A DNA stretch of 63,435 nucleotides, filler included, from Phoronis australis (Eukaryota; Animalia; Phoronida): the NCBI GenBank assembly GCA_002633005.1. It is 8 parts of 8 records of this genome, joined end to end, with 100 filler letters (N's around TTAATTAATTAA, not from the genome) between each part and the next. Parts side by side here need not be neighbours in the genome. Positions count along the whole stretch, not along the records: positions 7,469 to 16,230 come from NMRA01001868.1; positions 16,331 to 20,509 come from NMRA01002675.1; positions 20,610 to 26,194 come from NMRA01002310.1; 5 more parts are not named here. One strand, given 5' to 3'. A program made the position numbers and the translations under genes. Positions 13,801 through 24,000 of this stretch are shown here, one piece after another. Numbering within the stretch: the stretch's first letter is position 1; every line of letters starts with the position of its first letter. The notes below the pieces were generated by a model. That model saw only the letters and a list, made by a program, of their open reading frames with translations. It did no database searches and had not been told where the DNA came from.

Positions 13801-16230
13801 GATACATATCGCTGGGTGCAAAGTAACGGTTACAGTGATCGAGATGCATTGAGAAAAACCGATACATTCAGGGCATCATCTAAAGCTGGATTCAACAAAT
13901 CAATGACTATGCAAAGGGTCGAAGATGAGTAAGTAACTGTTAACTTGTTGAGATATGTTACAATGAGGACTGTTAGTCGTATTTTGTGGGCATGTATCTG
14001 TTCATTTGTCCATCTGTCATCATTTGTTTTTGTCTGCTGATTATTTTATCAATCTACTTTACAGTTGTCGCAGACAATTGACACATAGGCAGACATATAA
14101 TTGGTGGGAAGAAATCAGTACCAATTGATTTCAGACTAGATAGGGTATGTCATGATACAGTTGGAAAAATGAAAAACTCCACGTCCTTTCCGTTTTTAAG
14201 CCTGAAGTAAAAAAATATCTTGGTAGTTACAGGAATGTAAAGATTTACTTGTCTTGATACCTTATTGATTGGAACTAGCCAGTGCTATAGTGGTAGAATT
14301 AGAGGTGAGTAGGCGCCCAAAGCCCAGCGTATCACCTTGAGCACTTATGGTGCGTAGGCGCTATGTTCAAATGCCAAAAAGTGGTTGGCTGCGCCGATGT
14401 GCACGTATGCCCCACTACAACACTGCAACTAGCTGATTATTGGTTGAATACATATTAACTATAATAGTTGTTATTTACTAGTATTGTGTTGTGTTTTTAG
14501 AGAAGAAGAGTTGAAGTATCTAGAGTTTGTCACTGAAGTTACTAATGATGTACTGAATCGGGGCATCTTCACCAATCGCGTCTTGAAAGTGGTCTTCAAG
14601 CAACACATGGATAAACACAAAAATGATCTTAGTGAGGTAAGTCCCGTGAAACCTTCGTAAAGCATATTCTTCAGGCTACATCACCTACACACCAAACTCA
14701 TTCTCAGAAGGTCCGAGATTGTCATGACATCTTGATGAAACAAAATGTTGGTGTTGAACCATCTAGGAACTTAATATATTAAGAGTAAGTCTGCTGGACT
14801 CGATATTAACCTATTCCTAGTACTAACCTCGGAGAACTGTCAGCTCCTTCAATGGGTTAATGTAAAATCCTGGAAGCGAGAACTCTGGTCACGTGGGAAC
14901 TTGTTCATTTTGTGATGCCTTAACGAGCTAGGTGGAGCCTCAACATGGAATTTGAGAACAGACAGACAACATCACAAGACAAACAAGTTCCCACATGATC
15001 AGAGTTTCTGCTACTTATATTTTACATCTTCCCATTGAAGGAGACGAGAAGTCTCCGAGGTACTTGGAATATAGGGAGATATTCAGTCCAGTTGACAAGT
15101 CTTATTCTCAATATATCTCGATGAAACGGTGAAAGCAGGCAACTTTTGCCAAAAACATGCATAGAATACAACACCATGTTATACAACTTACACCATGTTA
15201 TACAACACCATGCAGTACAGCGGCGTGCGGTACAGCGGTGTGCAGTACAGTGCTATGTGGTACAGTACTGTGCGGTACAGTACTGTGCGGTACAGTGCTG
15301 TGTGGTACAACGCTGTGTGGTACTATGCCATGTGGTACAACACTGTGGTACAGCGCCATGCGGTACAGTGCTGTGTAATACAACACCCTGTACGGTGCTC
15401 TTACTCAGATAGTCTAACGCTTCCTGTTCTGTTTTTGTTCCATTTTAAGATTGTACTGAGGACTATCTTTGGTGTGACAGGGCCCTTTAGGGTTCAAGGT
15501 TTCCTGATACTTAGTAAGTCATTGCTCGTGTTACTATGAAATTCTAAATTGCACTCCAGATTTCATAATTTGTGAATTAATTTTGTAAGCAAATTATTAA
15601 ATTGGGAGTCACAAATAAAAATGTTGGGAGACATGTTGTTTACATAGCAGTCGCTAGGTAGTATAAGCCCGCTCCAGAATTTATGCATATGTCTAACCCA
15701 CATGTCACAAATATACACTGTACAAGGAATTACTTATTGTCATGTGCCATGGTGATGACCTACATCAGGTTAAAACATGTTGGCTCTCGTAAAACACTCA
15801 TTGTCAGGATTTCAAAAAGATCTCTCCACCAAGATTTAGCTCCCAAGGGAGTCTCTTTTGGAAACTAGGCTTGAAAAGGTTTCCATCAGGGCTCTTTTGG
15901 GATCATTTTGCTTGTCGGATACGTTTACAAAATGTGGGAATGATATCAATATTTTCTCAATTTTTTTAGTTTTAGGAGTCATTATGTCAAGTTGATCACT
16001 TGTTAACAGGCGCGTTGTTCAGTAGCATTGATCTTTGTATAGTTGTTCCAAAGTCTTGATTTTGTTCATTGTTATTTGTTATGTACAACAAGGACAGTCA
16101 TTGTTTTCTAACCCCAGGAATCACTTCTCATCTCAGCAATGGACAAGTTGAGAACAGTTTTATATCGATATGTGGCCTGAGTTAAAATATTCCATGCTTA
16201 CAATCTTACAGTCTCGGATGCGAGCATTAC
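7803..16230 (+). CDS. SPATA7: Spermatogenesis-associated protein 7 (ciliary, HSD3 family), partial; exons 7803-7892, 10321-10368, [missing exon], 11939-12035, 13283-13928, 14501-14636, 16212-16230 (runs into gap)
   Basis: Family motifs AYCP...DQMNAHYKKVLTAK|SAIDNKVP, DILDKRGHKFTEPEKPFTPRTLK...SRLSQLKKFYRP, and EEELKYLEFVTEVTNDVLNRGIFTNRVLKVVFKQH...LSE|SRMRAL. Splice phases are consistent except 10368 to 11939. Confidence 0.88.
8108..9775. repeat. 29-bp minisatellite (TGGTATATATTGGTATATTAAATACAAAA), split by a piggyBac insertion
   Basis: About 12 copies at 8108-8471 and about 5 copies at 9616-9775, with the register continuing across the insertion. Confidence 0.95.
8472..9615 (-). mobile_element. 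Non-autonomous piggyBac internal-deletion derivative (1144 bp)
   Basis: TTAA|CCCTTATCCTGC ... GCAGGATAAGGG|CTAA gives a 12-bp perfect TIR with CCCTT ends. The minus strand keeps an acidic transposase-like N-terminus (TVDQFLEEVFMDSDSE) joined to a frameshifted C-terminal Cys-rich motif RTRYFCDF/RIALCPHPCFKFLH. Confidence 0.88.
11661..11818. repeat. 26-bp minisatellite ending at a single-N gap
   Basis: Six copies of TACACTGTCACTGTATGTATAGTTAT. Confidence 0.95.
14280..14425. mobile_element. Tiny hAT-type MITE in a SPATA7 intron
   Basis: TIR CAGTG(C/T)T(A/G)TAGTGG; 8-bp TSD GAACTAGC / CAACTAGC (7 of 8 match). Confidence 0.75.
14775..15117. mobile_element. Fold-back MITE with about 140-bp imperfect TIRs
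   Basis: Left ...CCTCGGAGA...CTCCTTCAATGGG...ACTCTGGTCACGTGGGAACTTGTT mirrors right AACAAGTTCCCACATGATCAGAGT...CCCATTGAAGGAG...TCTCCGAGG. Confidence 0.75.
15165..15395. repeat. 15-bp degenerate minisatellite
   Basis: Units resembling GTGCGGTACAGTACT; this accounts for the four overlapping repetitive ORFs here. Confidence 0.9.
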
Positions 16231-16330
16231 NNNNNNNNNNNNNNNNNNNNNNNNNNNNNNNNNNNNNNNNNNNNTTAATTAATTAANNNNNNNNNNNNNN
16301 NNNNNNNNNNNNNNNNNNNNNNNNNNNNNN

Positions 16331-19300
16331 CGCATGTCCTCGTTAGCGCGGCTCAACGTCTCCCGTAGGTGGTTGTTCTTCTCCTGCAGACTGATCACAT
16401 TCTGTGACAGGAGAGTGAAAGGTGGACACTGAGCAAGTATTACATTAAGAGTTGTGCTGTGGGAAATCTCTTGTGTTTGGGATCAAAACAGACAGAGCTA
16501 CCAAAAGATGTTTCCCACGTGATCTCATTTACTAAATAAATTGTTTTCTCTTGGCTACAAGACAAAGCAAACTGCAAAATAACTTGCTCTAATAAGAAAG
16601 GATAAAATATTAAAAGCTAGAATTGAATTCTGAAGGACGTTGAAGCCAATGCAAAATGTACATAATTATTCCATGCATCACCATGCCATCTAAGTTTACT
16701 CTCTTTAACCATCTTTAAAAACTCTGATGTACGGCTGTACTAATTCCGATAAAAATAGGTGACACTGACTAATAAAAAACATCCATTCCACATACTCTGT
16801 CATCACTGCTCTTCAACGAGGCCATCAGAGAGGACATCTGGTCCCTGGCGCCAAATGAGTCACGATCGCGGTACTCTCGGTCTTTGTGGGCATTCTCTAG
16901 TTTTTGTTTCAAGGTCAACGACTCGTGCTGCAGACCCTGAAGCCTGGTGGAATAAAAACACAATAAAGCAAGCAGGCAGATTTAACAACTTAACTACACT
17001 AACAGCCTTTCTTATCACCAGACAGTAGAAACGGGCCTCACATAAGCATTCAAAAGTGCTTCCCTAAAGTTTGTAACAGGGAAATCAAAATGCAATAGGT
17101 GGCGCCAGTGTAACAAGAGTCCTACCAATAGCAAAGCATGCATTCTCAGGCAGTCATGTGGGACCTGGATGCCACATTCTGTTCACCTGCTTCTTTTATG
17201 TATTTATTATCCTTTACAAACAATTACAAAAACAAATAAACAAATAAGTACACCATTCATTCACGCATGCACACCTCAGGAAGACCATTCTCATATCTCG
17301 TTTAAAGTAAATATCTTCTACATGAAGTTAACATGAACAATAAATTTTTCCCATTTTGCAGAGAAGCTGTCATGTACAAAGTTTTTATGTGCATTTAATT
17401 TTTCAGCATTATAGTATTCATAAGTTTTTGTAACGAACTTGAGAAAATTAGGTATATTTTTGTGACATCTCTCTTTGTAAATGTACTGTTTAGCTAGTAG
17501 AAGCAAAATGTTAAATAGAAAATCATGCGTCTTGTAAAATCCAAGAATAACAATATCGTAAGACAGACAGTTGGGAAGCTGAATGCCACACTTTTGAAGT
17601 AGCTTTTCAAATTCCTTCCAGAAATCTTGTACAAAGCTACATTCCCAAAAAAGGTGTGACAGCGTCTCTGGAGCTTTATTACAAAAGGAACATAGATCAG
17701 AATCCCTAACACATATTTTGACTAAAAAGGTATTTGTTGCAATAATTCTATGTAGTATTCTAAATTGGAACCATCTAATATGGGGATCCTTTGTAATTTT
17801 GTAAGGTAAAGCATATATTTTCTTCCAATCTAAACTATCTCCTAGCTCTATTTCCCATTTANNNNNNNNNNNNNNNNNNNNNNNNNNNNNNNNNNNNNNN
17901 NNNNNNNNNNNNNNNNNNNNNNNNNNNNNNNNNNNNNNNNNNNNNNNNNNNNNNNNNNNNNNNNNNNNNNNNNNNNNNNNNNNNNNNNNNNNNNNNNNNN
18001 NNNNNNNNNNNNNNNNNNNNNNNNNNNNNNNNNNNNNNNNNNNNNNNNNNNNNNNNNNNNNNNNNNNNNNNNNNNNNNNNNNNNNNNNNNNNNNNNNNNN
18101 NNNNNNNNNNNNNNNNNNNNNNNNNNNNNNNNNNNNNNNNNNNNNNNNNNNNNNNNNNNNNNNNNNNNNNNNNNNNNNNNNNNNNNNNNNNNNNNNNNNN
18201 NNNNNNNNNNNNNNNNNNNNNNNNNNNNNNNNNNNNNNNNNNNNNNNNNNNNNNNNNNNNNNNNNNNNNNNNNNNNTTCTATGTAGTATTCTAAGTTGGA
18301 ACCATCTAATATGGGGATCCTTTGTAATTTTGTAAGGTAAAGCATATATTTTCTTCCAATCTAAACTATCTCCTAGCTCTATTTCCCATTTAGACTCTGA
18401 CTTAGGTTTCTTAACGATATTAAAGACTGAACAAATATGTCTACAACCCTTCAAATCTTTCCGTAAGTGAGCAATTGCTAAAGGCATGCAAGAAGAGTAG
18501 ACATTAACCTGCTTCTTGTTCTCAAGCTAGTTAGATGATAAAAAGAAGGTCCTTGCATCATCAGCGCCACCTAGTCATCATTGAGTAAACCATAAGTATA
18601 ACATTTTAATTAGCATAAAATGGGAAACAAAACACACGGTGTCTCCACCAACCACTGTTTCCAAAAGTCTGTTCACAAGTTCAGCTATTTTCACGTGTGT
18701 ACGAAACATTTATCGCATCCCACTGAAAGTTCACAAAAATGCTCAAGACGTTTTCCAGACAACTGTTACGGTACATAAACTGGGACATGAATTAAACATC
18801 CTGCCTGGTGTTCTTTTGTACACCCATTTTATAGAAAAATATTTTCAAATAATTTTCAATATATTTTTGATGTCAAAGAGCAATAAGTAGTGAGTTGAAT
18901 TGTGTTTTTTGGATCACTACTTTTACGACTTTATGTCAAAAGGGTGCGCTACCAGCAAGCCAGGGCACCCTCTGTGCCTTAAATGCACATTATGTACACT
19001 CTTCATTATGGCTATAATACTGTGAATGGTTCCTCGCACATTTTGGTTCCCACACTTCTGACTAATGAATTGGGACAGCACAAACTGAATGACTGAGTGA
19101 TTATTTCTTAACAGAAGTTTGGCTGGTTATTCAGTGATAGTGGCACCCAGTGATTGGCCCAATAGCTCCACCAATCCACACTCACTTGTCTTGCATCACT
19201 TCCACCTTGGTCTGTAACTTGGTGTTCTTTTCCTTCTCTGCACGCAAGTCTCTGTCCATCGTCTCTGCCACCGACTTCTTCTGATCTAGCTCCCTCTGTT

Positions 19301-20386
19301 GGTTGCTATACTGAGTCGTCCTCTCAATCAGAGCCGTGTTAGCTACATGATACTGAAATCAACCACAATTTAGAGGACTAGTCTTGAATAAAAAGGTAAT
19401 CTCGAGAAGTTCAGCAGATGAACTAGGCTGTTTTCCTTATGAGAGTGGTCTGAAAACCTTTGTAGTGTGACACAAAGAAATGCACGGTGACTTAAAAAAT
19501 GAACCCACAAAACTTTGTAAAAATTACAACTTTTTGAAAGATCAAAAATTACAGTCGCAAATTGACTGGCATCGTTAAAACTTTGTGGTATGACCATCTA
19601 CAGACATAAATTTAAATTCTACCCAATTTTGGAAAAGAAAGTGATTGATATTCATTGTCATCTAAGCTGCTGTACTACTATAACAATATCTTCAGTACAT
19701 ATCTCTCGATGATCAACGAGACAATTTCATTACTCTCCGTAAGTCATACAGCAGTAATGGACTGATCTTGTACGCTTTCCATTACTTTCCTGCAACCTGT
19801 CAACCTCACAAAAATAATGAAAGCACTGAAAAATTCCAAGCTCAGGAAAGTAGTTTTATGCAAGTTTTGAATACACATTAGAAATGACATGTCTAATCAA
19901 TTGGACTTTCATGTCAAAGTTACACACAGAACATGTTCTTACCTCATTCTCAAGAGAATTCACTTTGGCCTCGGCTGCTCCTAGCCTTTGAGCCAAGCTC
20001 TGAAACGTAATATTTATGACTTCATGATGACTTAGATCACAATCATGAATCTCAACAAGAAATAAAACAGCTCCTTTATACAATTCAGACCACATCATGG
20101 AATTCTTGAGAATAACTTAGCAAAGATCAACAGATGTGACAATAGCAGAACAATTATATTGAAAGCTGTCACGTGTGACACCAAACACACCTGGTTATGA
20201 CATCTCTGGCTTACATCCTTACTGGTGGGGTCTTAAAACATTACCCGACTTACCGTCTGCTTGAAATGGAAAAGCAAGAGCAAAACTCAAGATAGCGTTA
20301 CCTGGCTTGAATCCTTGAGCCTGCTAATCTCGTCGTCTTTCTTTTCCAAATTCCGTACGGAGTCCTCGCGTTGTTTCTGCACCGTC
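16331..20386 (-). CDS. ANKRD26: ANKRD26 / CCDC144-type coiled-coil protein, partial; exons 20386(or 20400)-20302, 19999-19943, 19352-19186, 16943-16796, 16401-16331 (runs into gap)
   Basis: Phase-consistent exons give ...KDSSQ|SLAQRLGAAEAKVNSLENE|YHVANTALIERT...KVEVMQDK|LQGLQHESLTLKQKLENAH...DDR|NVISLQEKNNHL. This matches the recalled ANKRD26 coiled-coil pattern LSQQLSKAESKFNSLEIELHHTRDALREKT...ERLSQLQSENMLLRQQLDDAH. Confidence 0.75.
17196..18506 (-). mobile_element. 5'-truncated L1/Tx1-clade LINE (ORF2 C-terminus with zf-RVT, plus 3' UTR) in an intron
   Basis: ORF 17318-18487 reads IRWFQFRILHRIIATN...CSFCNKAPETLSHLFWEC...FW. AATAAA lies near the 3' end. An 11-bp TSD ACCTGCTTCTT is at 17185-17195 and 18507-18517. 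Confidence 0.9.
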
Positions 20387-20670
20387 CTGAAATTTGAAAA
20401 CTGAAATAGTCACCAGTCACACAAACGGTACCACAGCAGTAAGAATTTACACTACGAATACCAATGAACCATGAACACCAATGAGCCATGAACACCAATG
20501 AGCCATGAANNNNNNNNNNNNNNNNNNNNNNNNNNNNNNNNNNNNNNNNNNNNTTAATTAATTAANNNNNNNNNNNNNNNNNNNNNNNNNNNNNNNNNNN
20601 NNNNNNNNNACGTGCGATTATTGCGCGTGCTCATTTAAGTATTCTATTTTCACTCTTGATGACGTCAGTC

Positions 20671-20742
20671 GCTGCGTGGTGTAGTTGTTAAGTCGGCGAC
20701 CTCCAAACTCTAGGGTCCCGGGTTCGACTCCGTCCTCGGTTT
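20671..20742 (+). mobile_element. tRNA-derived SINE head or tRNA pseudogene
   Basis: Pol III A box TGGTGTAGTTG and B box GGTTCGACTCC at tRNA-like spacing, but the acceptor and anticodon stems do not pair cleanly. Confidence 0.6.
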
Positions 20743-21011
20743 CCCGCCAAATCGTTATCTCACTAGTGAGATAACTTTATGGGTTATTACACGGTTTTAT
20801 CTGCCATTTGACGCTAATATTGTGGTATAATACGCGATTATAAAGCATTTGTGCTCGTTGAATAAAGCTTGTCATTCCTGATATGTACCTTGAAATAATG
20901 ATTCGCAGTTGAAATAATTTGTAGCGTTAATTCGAATTTTCCAGACTACGCAACTAATACAGCACTGCGAAATTGAAATTTGTCATTTTAGTTTCTTTCA
21001 TTCGGTTGTAG

Positions 21012-24000
21012 ACATTTAACTATTACAAGCGAGACCCAAGCACGTCCATTCACGTGATCTTCATCGCCAACACACGTCTAAGTGGACATGGCACTATTCG
21101 GTACAAAATCAAGTTTAATGGAAACGACTGCTCTTCGCCTGGAGCTATTGATGGTTTACTGGCTCACCTAAATGACCCACCATTGGACACGTCCTACGAC
21201 GGAACTAATGCCAGTAAGTCAGTGTCACGTGGTCTGTGATGTCACATGTCGAATAACGGAACTAATGCTAGTACGTCTGCTGTCACGTGGTTTGTTATCT
21301 GTGATACTAGTGTGATGCCAATAATTGCGACATACGCAATATTTTCCAACTTAAAAATGAGTGTTTCGAGAGTAAGTTACCGAATACTAGTAGAACGGAG
21401 ACATCTGAAAAGATTGACCAGATAGGCCGAAAAATGATTTATTGGAGGGATAACTTTATGTCTGTTCTTTAAACCAAGATTCCTTTCCGGAACCATGTTG
21501 CAAATGACTAACATCACAGAAAGCGACCCTGCAGCTGACTAATTAGATTTAGAAGAGCATGTACCTTAGTGAGCGTCTTTCAACTTTTATGGAACACCTG
21601 CAGTGTGTATTTTGGTATATCAACAGTTAGTCTACTGTGACTCACAACATTAAACACACTTTTCGCGGACTTTGCAATAATTCTACTAAAAGGGCTTATA
21701 ATGCACCGGATAGGGTCCTTTAAGGCAAAGGTCATATAATTACCAAACTGTTATTTCTCCTGCATTTATCAAGGAATCTCGCAGGTATGTACAATTGAGT
21801 TCCAATTCTAAAGTTTCAAGTCATTTGGTGCAACCATGGGTTCATTAGGTGAATTTTTCCTCTGAATTTTTACCCTTTCATTCAACACGTATTCATTGAG
21901 CTTTTATTCCAAAGTGCATAAAGTAAGGCATATATTATGTGATTCTTAGCACTGATTAGGCCTACCTACACTCGTTATTGAGTTTACACTTAATCCTTCA
22001 GCAGCACTCAGAATGCATCAGAAAGGGTCAACTAATGAGAAGGTTATCAAATTACCAACTTGTAATTTCTCCGACAGTTTTAAAGAATTCTTTTTAATCT
22101 TAGTTAATGTTTTGTTATCAACAAGTCCCCATACCAATTCCAGTGAAAAACGCGCAGTATGTTATTGTAGAACGTGACTATAATATTTTTAGTTTAGTTT
22201 AGTTATATTTTACAATACAATGTCTACTGGCCTGAGAAAACTCTGGGACCGCGGCCCTTGCTTTGTGGACCAGTCATTGTACGAGACAGCAGATGCGCCC
22301 GTATGAGCGCTGTGGCTATAAAATTTCGCAAAAGCGCTATTTTGTGGGATGTAGTTGCGCAGCTCTCATATCAGTAATTAGTGGTGTGGATGGTGATATC
22401 CTTATCTATAATCCTAACGCACATACACTGTATGGTTACAGTATCTGGAATGTGCGACAATATTGGATCTGGTGCCATATCAATAACTGTTCATGTTAGC
22501 ACGGAACCACGCACCGGGACTGCACCGAATGCCTACACCGGATGGAAGTCCAGAAGTCGAATGATCGTCGAAGAGATACGTTACGATTTGGACATTAGCG
22601 CTGGTAAAACTTTGCTCCGTTGGTGTCATATACTCTTGGCCAAAAGGGTTCGCATCGGTACTTCGGTGGTAGTTGGGCGTCTGTTTAACCTAGATACTGA
22701 GAGAGGTTGCATGCAATGGGCTATTCTATCCGTTTTAAAGTTATGTTGAGGTCTTGGACCAATTTTACCGCAATGCTTTATTAATCATCAATTGGAAACT
22801 AGATTTGAAATCTAGTTTCCAATCGTTGTCTAAAAAACATCACGAGTCCATTAAATTTTCAAAATATAGTCACCGGTGTAGCAATAGAGATGCCGGTATA
22901 ACATTATACATAGTGGTGTAAAAGTATAAACACCGGTGTAACCATATACACAGCGGTTTAACAACATACACAGCGGTGTAAAAATACACACACCAGTGTA
23001 ACAATATACACACCGGTGTAACAATATACACACCGGTGTAACAATATAAACAGCAGTGTAAAAATATACACAGTGGTGTTACAATATAAACACTGGTGTT
23101 ACAATGTGCACACCGATGTAACAATGTACACACCGGTGTAACAATATACACAGCAGAGTAAAAATATACACAGTGGTGTTACAATATAAACACTGCTGTA
23201 ACAATGAGCAAATCGGTGTAACAATGTACACACTGGTGTAACAACATAAACACCAGTGTAACAATATACACACCGGTGTAACAATATACACACCGGTGTA
23301 ACAATATAAACAGCAGTGTAAAATTATACACAGTGGTGTTACAATACAAACACTGGTGTTACAATGTGCACACCGGTGTAAAAATGTACACACCGGTGTA
23401 ACAATATACACAGTAGTGTAACAATAAACACACCAGTGTAACAATATACACACCGGTGTAAGAATGTACACACCAGTGTAACAAGACTTCGTGTCCCCTC
23501 CGCGTTCGTGTCTTGCGTGCATGAACGTGAACAATACGTCGAGACATCGCACTAAATAACAAAACCGTATGTTGGCATTCAAGTGCAAGCAGTAATTTAT
23601 GTAAAGTTTCACCTGTTTACAAATATGGCGGAATTTTGATGAATTTGGTATGGGAGGTCTCGGTCATTGTCTTTTTACAGATAGATGGACACAAGGTGGC
23701 GGGATGTGTCTCGGTCATTGTCTTTTTACAGATAGATAGACACCAGGTGGTGGGATGTGTCTCGGTCATTGTCTTTTTACAGATAGATGGACACAAGGTG
23801 GCGGGATGTGTCTCGGTCATTGTCTTCTTACAGATAGAAGGGCTAAAGGTGGTGGGATGGGCACATGGGCTGCTTTTCCTTGATTCTTGTCACCTCGTCA
23901 CTAGAAATCTGTGCGTTTCGTCTGCTGTGAACCAGCACACAATGTGCATTAAATGGTTCCCTATTTCTGTAAAAATGTCAACGATTTCCTTTGTCTTCGG

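Noticed and set aside
15146-15539. Cys/Tyr-rich repetitive ORFs here and at 22851-23612, 23617-24013 and 37383-37713
   Set aside because: They are translations of mini- and microsatellites, mostly intronic, and are open in several frames on both strands.
4060-20400. TBC1D30-SPATA7-ANKRD26 as a ciliary gene cluster
   Set aside because: The three genes lie on different scaffolds joined by artificial linkers, so their adjacency carries no information.
20671-20742. Functional tRNA gene
   Set aside because: A and B boxes are present but the acceptor and anticodon stems do not pair; better read as a SINE head or pseudogene.
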